A stretch of DNA of 64,000 nucleotides from the human T2T-CHM13v2.0 reference genome, Homo sapiens, in NCBI RefSeq assembly GCF_009914755.1, contig NC_060947.1. One strand, 5' to 3'. Both the position numbers and the translations under genes were made by a program. The stretch's first letter is position 1. Every line of letters begins with the position of its first letter. This document shows, piece by piece, positions 13,193 through 29,139 of this stretch. A model generated the notes under the pieces. That model was not told the DNA's origin. It worked only from the letters and a program-made list of their open reading frames with translations, and did no database searches.

Positions 13193-13516
13193 TCTATCTC
13201 TCTCTCTCTTTGTGTGTGTGTGTATTTATGTATGTATGTGTTTACACACACATTTATATACATATGTAAATGTAAATATTATTAAATTGGCCACTTGAAA
13301 AATTATTTTTTGCTCAATTTTCCCCGCATTACAATTTATATCCTATATGATCACATCAGTGTATTTGCATGTAAGTGTCTACGATGAAATTAAGATGTTT
13401 ATCTTTACAGAGGTACATAATTTTATGAAGATTATTAAAGTGATGTTGAGACACTGCATCAATCAAAACCAAAGATATTTCAAAATTAAAACCTCATTTA
13501 GAAGTCACATCATTTA

Positions 13517-13852
<336 letters not shown>

Positions 13853-14259
13853 TTACATCATTTAAAAGTTAAATTAACAATGTACAAAGATAATTAAATA
13901 TATATATTTTTAATAAATGATTTGAATATCAAAGTATTAAGAGAGTTGGAGATTTTGATTCAACTCACAAATATTATTGTAAAAATTGCCTTATATTTGC
14001 TCATTTTAAATGTTAAAAGTGAAGGGAAATATTTGTGTTTATATATCTTATAATTTTGTCAGAAAAAATGTTATAAAATTAACATTTCATTTATTCTTAG
14101 TTTGTTTTAAGAATTATTACATAATTATAATTATGTCTTCAATGTTGTAAATATAATAAAATAATAAATTTATTTTCTAACCATGTTATAGGAAAGAATT
14201 CCATTAAAATATTTTTCAATATTTACTAAGAACATTTTATCACATTCACATTTCCTCGT

Positions 14260-15690
14260 TTTCCTCAATGTGATCCCAACCTTCATAAAGGATATAGATC
14301 AACAACCTAAAACAAGCATTTTATTTAATGATGAAATATTATAGGCATTCATATTTACGTTAAGAACAAGACAAATATATCTGCTTTCAGTTCTACAACT
14401 AGGATTATATTGGAGATCCTAGTGAATAAAAGACAAGTAAAAGGTATATACATTGGAAAAAATACAACAAGTTGTCATTATTTATAGACAATAATCTGTT
14501 CATTGTATAACTCTAGGTAATTAATATACCAAAAAAATGAAATAATGATGAAGTTCAGCTATGTAGCTGAATATAAGCTCAACATATAAAGATACCTACC
14601 TATTTTTTCTGTATGCCAGTAATAAGCAATTTGAAAATATAACTGAAAAATAATTCTGTTTACAATATAGAACATAACTATAATACATCATATGAATGAA
14701 CTTAGCAATAAATATTTACAATTTTTACTTACCACACTTCAAAAAAGCACCTTAAATATATGTGCTTGTATATATAACAAATATGTTAATGGATGACAAA
14801 ACTCAGCATTTCAAGTTTTTATCTTTTCCCAAATTATTTAAAAGTTCAGTGGGACTCCATTTCAAAATCTAAAACAATCTTCCATGGGACGTGAGAAACT
14901 GATTGTAAAATATGTATGGAAAAGTAAATATACAACAGTAGCCAATAATATTTTGAAAACTTAAAGAAGAAAGGCCTGTCCTATCAATATCAATGTATAT
15001 TTTAAAGTTTTTAATTAATTCATTCATTTATCTGATTAACTTATATTTGAGTAACTATTATGTCTCACTCGAGATTCATTGTGAATGAACTGACATTCTT
15101 CCCCCATGGAGCTTACATTCTAGTGGGAAGGATAAATAATAAACAATTAATAAAACAGCAAGTAAATATATAATATTCCATAGCACACTAAGTCCTATAA
15201 AGAAAAAAAAAGGGGCAAGGAGCACTCTTATTATAGTAAAAACCATACTAATAGAAACAATGACCTAAGAACTTAATAAATAAATAAGTAGAACAAAATT
15301 GTTTAAAAAAATAGGCCAATGTGTTTATAAGGATTTTTCTATATTAAAGGTAAAATTTCAAGTCAATAAGGAAGGGACAGATTATTCAATAAATGGCATG
15401 GTTAATTGGCTATATGCTTAGAAGGAATACAGTTAAAATCCTGTAGCTCAAAATAAATTTGTAAACAAATATTTGCAATGGAAATAAAAGACAAGATATT
15501 AGTATTCAGAATGAAAAAATTCTTGAAAATCAATTAGAAAAGGAATAGAATAATGAGTGAAAAAATATGTGCTGCATTGGCGAAAATGTGAGGAAGTAGG
15601 TGCTCTCACCTTATATGCAGCTAGTGAGAATGTATTATAAATTGGTGCAACCATTTTGAAGAACAATTTGGCTGTAGCTATTTAATAATT
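14260..15690 (+). mobile_element. Old L1M/L1ME ORF2 fragments, continuation of 3140-3420
   Basis: Degraded ORF2-like runs (atattggagatcctag, ttcaataaatggcatgg, aaattggtgcaaccattttgaagaacaatttgg). Confidence 0.6.
15012..15230 (-). mobile_element. LINE-2 3' end fragment
   Basis: attcattcattta...cccccatggagcttacattctagtggg is the antisense L2 3' terminus. Confidence 0.65.
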
Positions 15691-15837
15691 ATAATTGTTT
15701 TTGTTTGTTTTTATTTACCAAACTTCAATAAAACACACTAAAACTTTACCCAAGATCATTAAGGAACATCTGAAATAATACAAATATTTCATGTTAATGG
15801 GTGAAAAAACTAAACATTTAAGATTTTTATCTTAAAT

Positions 15838-15971
15838 GTTGTTTTTGTCTTAAATATAGTGAGACAGGGTCTTACTATATTGCCCAGACTTGTCTTGAAC
15901 TGGACTCAAATAATCCTCCCACTTCAACTCCTGAGTAACTGCGACTACAGGCATGTGCCACAGTGCCTGTC
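15838..15971 (-). mobile_element. FLAM (free left Alu monomer)
   Basis: gagacagggtcttactatattgcccagact...gactacaggcatgtgccacagtgcctg; monomer length. Confidence 0.8.
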
Positions 15972-16249
15972 AATAATTGTAATATTTCGTTTGCTATTAC
16001 CAAGCAATTGTACTTTGGGGTACCTATTCTAAAGAAACACTCACACAGGTGTTTAAGGAGGCAAGTACACTTATATTAATTCCTACGTAGTAAAAGTGTT
16101 AGATTGAAAACAAATGCTACTATTTTCTATAATGTATTAACAAGCAAATAGGGAAATGTGGCTGAGGAATACACACAAAGATACACACAACCATGCCTTC
16201 TAGTCAAAGTTCAAATTCATAACCTGAATTCAAGTAAATCCTGGTATTG

Positions 16250-18040
16250 TCTAACCCATTTACTCTCTCACTTTCCTAGCTGACTATTTCACACCCTTTG
16301 TCTGTCTCTTAAAACATTCAATATCATTTCCCTACCCTCTTATTCAGTTTGATTTTTAGCTAATTATCTTACATCCTGCATCATTGAGAAAAGAGAAGAA
16401 ATCAAAAGAGAACTTCCACAGGATTATAAAATCATATATACCTTATAGCTGACCTACACCTATATACTTTGTTTTCTGTATTGTTAATATGGAGACCTTA
16501 GCAAAGTCCAACTCCTCCATTTATGCACTTATCACATTCCTTCTCACCTAGTAAAGACTATTTTTCAAGCAGTTATTACCCATAATGCATAACTACTTTT
16601 ACTCCGGATTGCATTATTCATAACAGCATACATAGTATTTATCCAAACTTATCCAAAAAAAAAAATTCTGACTGTAACCCAGTTTCGCTTTCAAATCCCC
16701 TTTACAAAAAAACTGCTTTCTTCAGATTCACCTGCTTCTTTTCCTCTCCTTCCATTCTCTCACAATGCATAACCAGTGATGTCTGTGCTCCTGGTGAAGA
16801 TGTTTGTCTACCAAAGTGGTTCTTGACGAGCTCATAATTAACCTCCACATTGCTAAGTAAAGTGGTCAACCCTCAGTTCTTGTCTTATTCCACTTTTTAA
16901 ATTTGACTTTTGGGACACCACAATCTCTTCATTCACTTGGTATCTCATTGCATTCTATCTTTCAGTCTTTTCCCCCTGTTTTCCTTTTTGTCTACACAAC
17001 TTCAAAAGTTTAGAAGGCCTCAGCAATCAGTCTTCATAATTCTTTTCTCTATCTTTATTCCTTTTTTGTGTGGGCTCTTCTTCACCCATGGTTTTAAATA
17101 CTATCCATATACTGATGACTCTGAAATGTATATCTGTGGTGTGGACCACACTCCTGAGATAAGAGTCTTACGTATACAAATGCCTACTTGACGTATGATC
17201 TGGGATATCTAATAGGCATCTCCAACTGAATACATCATAAATGGAGTCCAATCTTTGCAAAATAGGACCGGTAAATGGCAACTGCAAATCATTCAATTCA
17301 TACTTGAGTCCTATTCATTTCTCAGATGGTTTGAGATACGATAGTCAATTCATCAGAAAATCCTATCGGTTCTGCCTTCAAAACAAATTAATACTCGACC
17401 ACTTTTGCTTCCACTTTCACTGCTAGTTCATACACCAGCATATCTTCTAGATTATTCCAATAGTTATCTAACTGACTTTCCTGTTTCTTTGCTCCCCCGC
17501 CCCCCACAGATATGTCTGCACATGTCACTCAAAGGGACCCTGTTAATATAGGTCAGATTCCACAACTCAAAAATCTCCCAATTTTTTCCCCGTGCAATAA
17601 GAACAAAAAGTAAAGCTATTTTAAAATGGCTAAAACACTGTACATGTTCTCAGGCTTCCCACCATTCCCTGTCTACTTTCTCTGATCTAGCTACTCTTTT
17701 TCTAAAATAAACACCAAATCTGGAGAGCTTCTATATTCATTGTTCTTTTTGCCTGAAAATTGCTTACCCCCAATTTCAAGTGGCTAATACCCTCACTTCT
17801 TTCAGGCCTCTAGCATTCTTTATCCATTTAACCTGCTTTAGTTTCTGTATTGCACATAATTACCATCAGATGGTTATATATATATATATATATATAAAAT
17901 TGTCTGTTAACCCCTCTAGAATGCAAGCCTCATGAAACGCAATGTCTTTATCAGTGTTATGCATTGATGTATCTCCAGAACCTGAAACATTCCTTCTAAT
18001 AAAACAGGTGTTAATAAATATAATTTGTCTATATGAATGT
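16250..18040 (+). mobile_element. LINE-2 (L2a/b) long fragment including 3' end
   Basis: Pyrimidine-rich L2 ORF-like sequence (cattgagaaaagagaagaaatcaaaagagaacttcc; ctaataggcatctccaact) ending tagaatgcaagcctcatga...taataaata. Confidence 0.75.
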
Positions 18041-19184
18041 ATATATAAATGAAGTAATAGAAGGTAGAGGAATAAACAAAGCAATAAGAAAAGATAGAGC
18101 AGGAATACAACCTATTCTGTCATAAATATTAGCTCAAAATGTAAGAAACTTTGCAGGCAAGATAGAGAAAGCCTAAGTTTTCCTTGCTTGTTTTTTTTTT
18201 TTTTTAATGGGAGAACTAAGAAAATGTATATACTAAGGGAAAGAGAAAATAAAAAAGAAGTTTAAGATTAGCATATAAATGGGGTCATTAATAAAAGTTG
18301 GAGGTAAATTGTTGGAACCAAATTTGGTGAAGACATCATGCCTGGACTAGAAAAATATAATTAAATAATTAAAAAAACAAAAAGTTGGTACCTGTACATG
18401 AGATTAGTTTGTAGAGTAATGGACAAAAATGTAAGATAAATATTCCTCTGTTGCCTCTAGATTTCCTGTGCGTTTGTGACAAATCATCTGAAGCCATTCA
18501 GTGTGGTGGAATGAGGAAAACAATACAAATTTTGAAAACCAATTATAAATAATGAGAAAGAAAGCATGGTACAAGCACATGTAAGTCTGAATGACAGCAC
18601 TAAAGAGTCATTTAATATTGGAAACTATGATGTCACAGGGGCCCAGAAGTGCTCAGAAGCTAGGGTGTAGGAAAAGAGAATTTGATGGTTGTATTAATAG
18701 AGAATCATTGACTTAAGGCACCTGACGTTGAGAAAAGACAGTCAATAGGAATGGCAAGAGAATAACTAATATGATATATCTAAGATTTGGCTGGATATGA
18801 AACTTAGAGACTTTAGAGCCAAGGGTGGTTTTGAATGGTAAATGAGTGGAATAAAGTAATCAAGAGACTTGAGGTCATTTTGGAGCTGGGAGATCAGTTA
18901 TAGTGGGCAAAGGGACATTTCTTGAACATTGAATGAGTTTTCTAACTTGCAGTAAATGTACATGTTAGAAAAACATATCGTTTGTTGTTGCTTGAGGTCT
19001 AGTGGAATATAATCTCTTCTTAGCATGATCCACCACTTTCTTGCTTCCAGCTTCTCTATTGGCCTCTACTACTCTTTAGTGCTTCATATTATATAGATTT
19101 GTTGCTGATTCATGTCAGTTATGAAAAGAGGGGAAGGGGTAGTGAATATTGAAGACTTGGACCAACACTGACCTGTTTTAGCTG

Positions 19185-20600
19185 TTTTGTTTTATAGCAA
19201 CTTTGTGGAGATATGATTCATATATTATACAATTCAATGGCCTTTAGTACATTTGCAGAGTTGTACAACTTTTACCACTGTCTAACTCCAGAATATTTCA
19301 TTAACTCAAAAAGAAACCGCGCAACCTTTAGTGATCATTCTCCAAATCTTTCCATCTACCCTATTCTTAGGCACACAATAATCTATATTTTGTCTCTATA
19401 TTTACCTATTGTAGATAGTTCACATAAGTAGAAACATACAATATGTGATCCCTTGTGCTACCCTTTCACTTAGCACAATGTTTTGAAGGATTATCCACAT
19501 TGTAGCATATATCAGCATGTCTTTCCCTCATATTGCTGAATAATATTCTATTGTGCTATGGCCTGAATGTTTGTGTCCCCAAAAAATACATACACTGAAG
19601 ACTAACCACCAAGGTGATAGCATTAAGAGGTGTGGCCTTTGGAAGGTGATTAGATCATGAGGGCTGAGCCCTCATAAATGGGATTAGTACCCCAATAAGA
19701 GAGGCCTGAGGGAGCTTGTTTGCCCTTTTCACCATGTGAAGACACAGCTTGAAGGCACTAAGAGGAAGCAAGACCTCACCAGACACTGCTGATATCCTGT
19801 ACTTGGACTTCTCAGTCTCCAGAACTGTGAGAAATAAACTTCTGTTGTGTATAAATTAAGAAGTCTAAGGCATTTTATTATAGCAGCCTGAATGAACTAA
19901 GAAATATTGTATGAATATACTATATTTTATTTGTCCATTTATCACTTGATGGACATTTGGGCTGTTTTCTATTTTTTATATTATAAATAATATAGCCATT
20001 AATATTTTATAAAGGCTTTTGTGTGGAAAAATGTTTTAATTTCTTTTTGGTATACACTTTGGAATGGAATTGCTGAATTATATGTTACTACCTAAGGAAC
20101 GACCAGACTATTTCCAAAGGGGCTGAACAATTTTACATTCCTGTCAGTAATGTATGAGGAATCCCATTTCTCTGCATCCTAGCCAACACTTGTTATTATC
20201 TGTCTTTTTAGTGACAAGCATCACAGTGTGTTTGAAGTAGTATCTCATTGTGGTTTGATTTTCATTTTCCTTACAGCTACCAATGTTGAGCATCTTTTCA
20301 TGTGTGTATTTGTCCTTCCTATATCTTCTTTGGGTAAATGTCTATTCAGATTCTTTGTCTTTTTACTGTAGAGTTATAAGAATTATATGTCCTAGCTACA
20401 AGTTCCTTCATATATATATATGATTTGCAAAACTTTTTTCACTAGATGGGTTGCCTTTTTACTTTCTTGAAGGAATTCTTTGAAGTTCAAAATTTTTAAC
20501 TTTGATGATGTCTAGTTTATGTATTGTTGGTCCTTATGCACTTGATATCATATCTAAGAAACTAATGTGAAATCCAAGGTCACAAAGGTTTATGCTTGTG
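19185..20600 (-). mobile_element. L1MB-type 3' fragment interrupted by MLT1A0
   Basis: Antisense L1MB 3' UTR (cagagttgtacaac...ccagaatatttcat) continuing into ORF2 3' sequence (gccaacacttgttatta, gttgagcatcttttcatgtg). Confidence 0.8.
19554..19904 (+). mobile_element. MaLR solo LTR (MLT1A0-like)
   Basis: tgctatggcctgaatgtttgtgtcccc ... ccagaactgtgagaaataaa ... actaagaaa; 5-bp TSD tattg at 19549-19553 and 19905-19909. Confidence 0.9.
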
Positions 20601-21636
20601 GGTTTTTTCCCCCTGAAAGTCGTTTATAAAATGAAGTTAGTATTAGGAGCAACAAGTATCCATTAGATGAAGACTTTCTGAAAGCAATGTTCTAAAAGCA
20701 ATTTTGATTTTCTTTTAAGCTTATTCTGTTTCACCTTGTTTGTTCGATTGTTCGTTTTGATTGGAGGACAATGAAAGCTTGCACTGCTCTAACAATGGAT
20801 TATGCTAGTGTTAATACAGGGATCTTTAAAAGGTAAAATTAAGTGAAGGGAAAAAGCAAGAGACAAGGCAAAAAATGATTTTATTAAAAGCCTAGGTGAT
20901 GGAGGGGAGGCAGCATAAAGAGCAGAGCTGATTCTTAGCTCAGATAACATGTGAAATAAAAGTAGACGAGACATACAACAGATAGCAAAAAAACAGAGGA
21001 TTAACATAAGAGCAAGGAGAAACTTGGCTTAATGAAGTCAAAGAAGAATGAAACATAAACATAAAAAAGACTACCTGTAAGAAATATGATAAGTGAGTTA
21101 TATGAGTTACTACTCTGGAAATCTTTGGGCAGCAAAGCTGTACCTTACCTTTCATTGCGCTCAATAAACATTGAACAATTAACCTATGTTCCAATATGAT
21201 TAATAGGCAATTAAAAATTCATTTCTTATTTCTCTACGAGAACTATATTCCCTCTTAGTTTTCATAATCCTGGGTGTACTTCTTACTACTGGTTACTCTA
21301 TTTATACTTCTGTTAAATTTGCTGTCTTATCCTTAAAACTTATTAGCTATTGTTTATGAAATTTTTCAAAGGCTACTCAGCTATGTCAGAGCTGATACGC
21401 TTATTTGGTCTAAAAATGAAAATGCTAATTACCTTTTTTATAATATTTTAGAAGAAAATATTTTGACAACTATGCAGTTCATGATACAGAAACCAATCTA
21501 ATGGAAAGAGGGTGAAGAGTAGTAAACAACCCGGGACAGAGGATTCCATTAATTGATTAATCAACAGTGATTAATTAATTGAGTTTTAAAAAGACATTTA
21601 ATACTTTGCAAATTACCTGTGATTCATCACAATAAC

Positions 21637-21639
21637 CAC

Positions 21640-21674
<35 letters not shown>

Positions 21675-21680
21675 CACACA
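21637..21680. repeat. (CA)n microsatellite, one interruption
   Basis: Directly visible. Confidence 0.97.
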
Positions 21681-24600
21681 GAATTTTCCCCAGACCAGAG
21701 AATAACACTGGAATGAATGGTATTATAGAATTTCTGCAGTTAAATCTATTTACTTTTTTATTATTGATATTTCTCAGGTTTATGGAAAAGGAGAGGAAGT
21801 GTCCACGTAGCATGTTACTATGCATGCCATTTAGTCTACCACTGAATTACTAAAATAACTGAACTTGTGATCCCACTCATTACTCATTCTTTGATTTATG
21901 ATCAATCAATTTAATTAATACAATTATTACTTACCATTCAGACCACAGTAAGACACATTGCATGGATATAGTCTTAGAGTAATTAACTACTCAAATAAAT
22001 CTGTTAAGATGCAAACAATGGTTAATGATCTTTGAATTTCAATTATTAAACTTCTTGATTCAATGCAAGTCAGAGAGTTGTGTTTCCTTATAACAACAAA
22101 AAATAAAAATATATGGTCACTGAAAAAAATAGATGTATAGTCAAGTGAAAAAAGAAAAAGAAACTAAAAATCACTCAAAATGTCACTTCCCTGGGGCAAT
22201 CAACAACAATATTTAGCAGTATTTTTTTTATTTCTTATCTGCTTATAAAATACTTTAAAAAATGGATTCTACTGTAGGTGATTTTGTGAGTTTATTTCTT
22301 CTTTCTTAGTAAACTCATGGATAACTTTTGTGTCTATACAGAACTCCATTATCATTTTAAATGAGCGTAACGTGTTCCATCATATGCATTTTGCACATTT
22401 CTTTAACAAACTCCTATTTAAGGATAATTTGTCTATTCCCCAAAAATTTAAAATTCCCAAAATGTTCTTAAAGCTTGTTATACAGTTTGCCAAAAAAGAA
22501 CTATAATTATAAGAATGCCCCCAATATGTAATTTTTAAAATAAACAAGTAGATTTTTTATATTGATAATGAGAAGAGAATATAGATGATCATGATCATTT
22601 TGATTTCAGAAAAAAACAAAGATGTTTCAAAAGAGTCTTCCCAAAGAGTGGGTGAAGAATGAGCAGAGACACTGACAGTCATCCCCGCACACATCCTTTG
22701 AAATCACTAAAATGAATCATCCTAGGAATGGGAGCACCCTCTGTTTGTAGAGATTTTGTCATAAAAATGTACAATATGGAGATATTGAACCTAATGTCAG
22801 AGTAAGATTAAATATGGAGTAGAAGATTCAGTTGTAGAAAAAAGTTTAGGTTCCAAGATTATGATTAAGTTTGCCCTTAGATAGGGGCACAGAACTGGTA
22901 GTTCAGCTAGAAGCCATAATTTCTCATGAGATTTTCCACGTCCCATGATATTGCAATGCTGGATTTCGTTCTTCAGGGGAGAAATTCCTGTGATCCTGAG
23001 GTTTAAGGTTTGGCATAGAGCAAACTGTACATGCTCAGAGTTCACTCTTTTTCCCCTCAATTACATTATTCCTCTATGAAGTATCCTTTTACTCTTCTTT
23101 TCACAGTAAGTATTCAGGCTTGATGAATACACACACAGACAAGGGTCATCACGCTTCCTTGCTTTATAGACTATACTCATACTTAGTCTTTTGCTTTAAA
23201 ATACCACTACTTAAATTATTTTATAAAAAACTTAAAGATTTAAATGGTTAACTTCATAAGAAATAAATATGTCTAATATGATGAAACTTACATAAGATTT
23301 GTGTTTGATGCATTTGATTTCTTCTGCTACTTGTTAAAAGGAAGGATATAATATTTCAAATAAAAATATCTTCTTCTGTAACAAATAATAATCTAAAATT
23401 GAATCATCTCATAGAATATTAAAACTTCATGTGCCAGTAAACAAAATATAACATAATCTTTAATAAATCATTATATAATATGATTTCAGCAATTATAGTA
23501 TTGTGTCCCAAAACTTTCACTAAAAGCAGTCAAAAACTAGCATTTATAAAAGTTAGAAAACAATGGACAGAATACTGTTATATTTACATATCTAAATAAT
23601 GTTATAATTAAAATGCAGAATAACAATAGGCAGTATTAAAGTTTTTTCCTCGTTTATTCAAGATCTGTATCTTCAGGCTACATATTTTTATTGCTAAAAG
23701 TCCTTTTCTGAAGATGAATACATTTTACCCCATCAGTCATTTTTAACTTTACATTAGGAGAGACATCCTCTAGGAGCTGCTTATAAGCTTTGGAGTTAGA
23801 TTAGACTTAGACTTGGAAAATACATTGGAAGTTCTCTGAATCTTACTTTTTTTTCATTAAGAAAAACCTCTAGCTTCATGCTTCATGACAGAGTTCCTGT
23901 GAAAAATAAAGTCTGATTAAATAACATAATGCAAGTATACAGCAAGCGCAGCGTATAATTCATCAGTCTACTATGCTGTTTCCTTCATATTCTTTATAGT
24001 TATACATAAAATAGATAGAAAAGGAACATGCCAAGTAGTCTACGCTCCCTTGACACACAGTCCCCACACCAAGCCATTTCAGCAGCTCAGTTAAACTACT
24101 GGAATCATGGAATTGCTTGACACCATTTAAAAACCAATGCAGGTTTCTAATTGAAAAATATATTCTCTTCATCTTTTAAACAAACCTAATGGGGCTTGAG
24201 ATTAAAACTCTGTTGAACAGTATAAAATTCTATATCATGACAAATACATTCCAAGAAAGTGATAGATTGTGAAGAATATAATTTTTTATGATGTCTCAAA
24301 ATAAAATCATTTCTTTCAATCACTTGTAAAACATATTGGGTTTTCAAGTACAATTATGTATACACATGTATGTATATGTTTGTGTGTATTACATATATTT
24401 TTCCCTTATTATTGATCATGAGTCTGTATTTTATATTTATATATTACTACTATGAATAACAAGATCTGTCTTCTTTGATCTGAAATATCTACATAAGGAT
24501 ATTACTTTGATTTCTGCCTGATTTTCAGTGCATGAAAGATAAAATAAAATAACTATTAGATTTAATCAAATTATAAAAGGTTTGCCATCTATATTTCAAT

Positions 24601-25512
24601 TGTTCTAACTTACAATTTATAAAAAGTATTAGAGATATATATGTACTGAGTTTCAAACTTTAACTTCCTCTGGTTTAAAAAATATAAAGCATGTCCATGA
24701 CGAGAAGTTAAGCTCTGCTCTCATTTAAATAAAATAATTCAATTATCATTTGTTTTGCATCCTACCACAAAATCACATTAAAAGTATGCTGAAATATTAC
24801 TTCAAATTAATTTATACTAACCAGTGTAATATTCAAGAAGGGTATACAATCTAGTTACTAAACAAAATTCCTTTAGTACAATGATTGCTTCAGTGAAATA
24901 CCTATTTAAAGCCTAGAGTTGCATTAAATAACAAGATGAATAAAAAAAATTATGTGACAAAATGCGTGTCAACAATATAAAGTAAGGCAGGCTTTATTTG
25001 TTTTAAACCTGAAATAATCCTGAGATATGTGTCAACATTAGAACCATCATTAATTAATATTTTAAAAAGATAACTATACAGAAATGCATGAAGTAGATTA
25101 CTCATTATCCTTTCATATAAATATTACCATTTGTTTCTTACACATTCAATGAAAAACATGCAGTAAGTAGTCTGTTTTATTGTCAATGTGATAATTTTAC
25201 AAACAATTGAAATAAAAATTGTAAATGAAAACAAGGGAACATACAGATAATGTAATATATTGGCTGTCAGTGTATTATAATATATACATTTGGACAGTTA
25301 TCGACTTTTTGAAAGTTTCAAATTAGTAAATAATGGATTCATAACATTCTTATCACTTATCAAAAGAACACTTATGGATTCATATTGATTTATATTTATA
25401 ATTATATGTATGCAGCTAAAATTTTAGAGGGAAAATATTATTCCCAATATACCTTATTAATAAATATGCAAAGGTCTATTATGTGATGGTATAATGTAAT
25501 CACTGTAGGTAG

Positions 25513-25842
<330 letters not shown>

Positions 25843-25892
25843 TGAGGAATTCTTTATCAGAGATACTAAGGAGGTATAATTAAAACTCTGTG

Positions 25893-26200
25893 GGCTGGGC
25901 ACAGTGGCTCATCCTTGTAATACCAGCACTTTGGGATGCCGAAGAGGGAGGACTGCTTGAGCCCAGGAGTTCGAGGCTTTATCACTACAGAAAGTAAGAA
26001 AATTAGCTGAGCATGGCAGAATGTACCCATGGTCCCAGCTACTTAGGAGGCTGAGGTGGGAGAACTCGCTTGAGCCCAGGAGGCCAGGGCTGTAGTGAGT
26101 CCTGTTCATGCCACTACATTCCAGCCTGGGTGACAGAGTGAAACTCTGTCTCAAAAATAATAAAAATTAAAATTAAAAATAATTAAAATTAAAAATTAAA
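25893..26200 (+). mobile_element. AluJ with internal deletion in the left arm
   Basis: gcttgagcccaggag in both arms (J diagnostic); A-rich tail. Confidence 0.9.
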
Positions 26201-27921
26201 CTATTTAATAAAAGAGCACAACATTTTATTAATAGTTTCTGGAGGCAACAGTTGTGCATATATTGACTCTCACAGGATATGTCCTATGATCCACGGAAAG
26301 CTGCACATCTCTCAAATCTTAGTACATGTTAATCTTATTTAACATTAAATGATATTTTTAATTATAGGCCTTAGGCATAATATGTGATTATCAAAATAAA
26401 AAAGAAATCCATCATATTTACAGAGAATTTTAGCAGTAAAAGATGAATTACAAGAGGATATAGGTTTCATTCTCACTTAACAAGAAACTCTAATCAACTA
26501 ACCTAGAGCTTTGAGATTTAAAAGTAACTGAAATTTTATTATTTTATACATTTTATTCTCACCTGTATTTTCCAAGTAACTGAAGAAGAAACATTCACTA
26601 ACCAATATTACATTTCTATGCTGATTTTCCAGATAAAGTTAACATTTAACAATTTTTTACAGCATAATACTAAACAAATATAAATAGTTTAAATAAGCTA
26701 GATTAATTAAAATACTTTTTACATTACCCAATATTTATTTCAGATGTAAATTATAAACATCAAAATATTGCAGAAAATCAAACTGCTACTCAACCCACTA
26801 ACTTGATAGATAAACATACAAAGTAATTTCATTACAAACGAGCATTTTAATTCTGTCTTTCCCTTCTGCTTTCCAAAATAAACTTTTTGTATAATTGATT
26901 GATATCAGATACTGTGATGGTGTAAGTAGAGGAGGGAATAAATGGCCTTAGAAAAATGGGGCAAAAAAATATGAAACTCAGGTATCACAGAAATGTAATA
27001 CACTTACTCTTTCATATTTTTGTGACCTTTTGAAACATCAACACATTGAAAAAATACTCATCTGTTTCCTATTTTAAAATTACATTATTTAAGGATGTGC
27101 AAATTTGTCTAAGGATAAGGCTGTAATGAAATGCTATCTTCTCTTAGTTAATAGATATTCAATCAATAACCAATGGAAGAAGGAGGATTCCTTTAAATAA
27201 TTTATTAGGCCTTTCTGTTTCATATCCTTGAAACATAAATTAGTATTGCTTGATTACATGACCCTCTGAATTACAACATGAGACTATTCTATTTAGAAAA
27301 AGCTTTCTCTTTTATATTCCTTTTGATCTTATTATTTTCCCCCATTTTTGACCTCTAACTTTCAGACAAAAAGAATCTACAAAATTGGATTGGACATATG
27401 AAATTATATCAGAGCAATACATATCTACTTGGTGCTCATCATAGTATAAAAATTGATACATTTTTCAGTAAAATTTTAAACTAAAATCCTTGAGTTTGAA
27501 CTGACAAAGTTTCTCGTTTCCTTGCAAATAAATGCCCTGTCAAAAATCTAAATTTTATATAAAACAGGAAGTGATGGAGGAAAGTATTTTTTTATTTATT
27601 TACAATTATTCTATAAAATACAAATATGTGTATGTGTGTGTTTTAGTGATACATATATATCAGGAACTTGGCTAGAACCTTAAGCTAAAAGCTGGAATGT
27701 CATACTAATTTTGTTTAATTTAAAAGCAAACATTTATTTTGTATAGCAACCAAAGAGAAAACCAAAGAAGCCCAGTGGATCAAATTCAGCCATCACTGAC
27801 TATAGTTTCCCTAAGACTCTTGAAATGGAAAAGTAGCATATACTGAGGACCAAAGTAATATCTGATATATTCAAATTTCTGATAGGCTACCTATGTATAT
27901 ATTCTGCCAATAAATAAACTG

Positions 27922-28490
27922 TGTGACAAACAGACTCTAATGTAGCCCTACATGGTCTCTGGCTTCTGGTGTTTACATCCCAGTGTAATTCCTACTCCTT
28001 GAATATGGATGGGACCCATGTCTTGCTTCTAAACAAAAAAATTTGGCAAAAGTGATGGGATTTCACTCACCACATTACATTAGGCTCCATATTCCTAGCA
28101 GACCTGCTAGCTTGATAAAGAAAGTGGTCATGTTGGAAAGGCTCACATGGCAAGGAAGTGTGAACAGCCTCTAGGTAGTATGGGAAGCCTCTAGCGTCTA
28201 AGGATAGCTATGAATGGTCAGCAAGAATCTGAAGCCCTCATTCCTACAAAAGTGAAGAAATGAATTCTGACAACAGCCTGAGTGAGCTTGGAAGTGGATT
28301 TTCCCAATTCAGGTCTCCAGATGTAAACTTTGCCCAGATGATAATTTTCACTTTTGCAGAACCCTAAAGGGAGTGCCTACTACACAATGCTGAGACCCCT
28401 GATTCACACAAATTGTGAGCAAATAAATGTGCGCTGTGTTTACCCACAAAGTATGTGATTATTTCTTATGCAGCAATATAAATTAATATA
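27922..28490 (+). mobile_element. MaLR solo LTR (MLT1E/F-like)
   Basis: ggcaaaagtgatgggatttcac, cacatggcaaggaa, gagtgagcttggaagtggattt, ends ttatgcagcaata...aatata. Confidence 0.75.
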
Positions 28491-28761
28491 AACACTTAAT
28501 GAAATAAAGACAAAATTTCAATAATGCTGACTTTGGGCAAAATATTAAGCATCTTCATGTTCCTGTTCTATGACAAGAGTTAAATGTTTTACTCATGCCC
28601 TAAAAAGGCATCTATGGATTCTAGTCCAACATTAATTTACATAAATTTCTTTTTTTTAACTTTTATGTTCAGCGGTACATGTACAGTTTTGTTATATAGG
28701 TAAACTTGTATTATGGGGGTTTGCTGTACAGATTATTTTGTCACCCAGGTAGTAAGCCTAG

Positions 28762-29139
<378 letters not shown>

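Noticed and set aside
18100-19000. Possible antisense L2 remnant
   Set aside because: Too degraded to support by eye.
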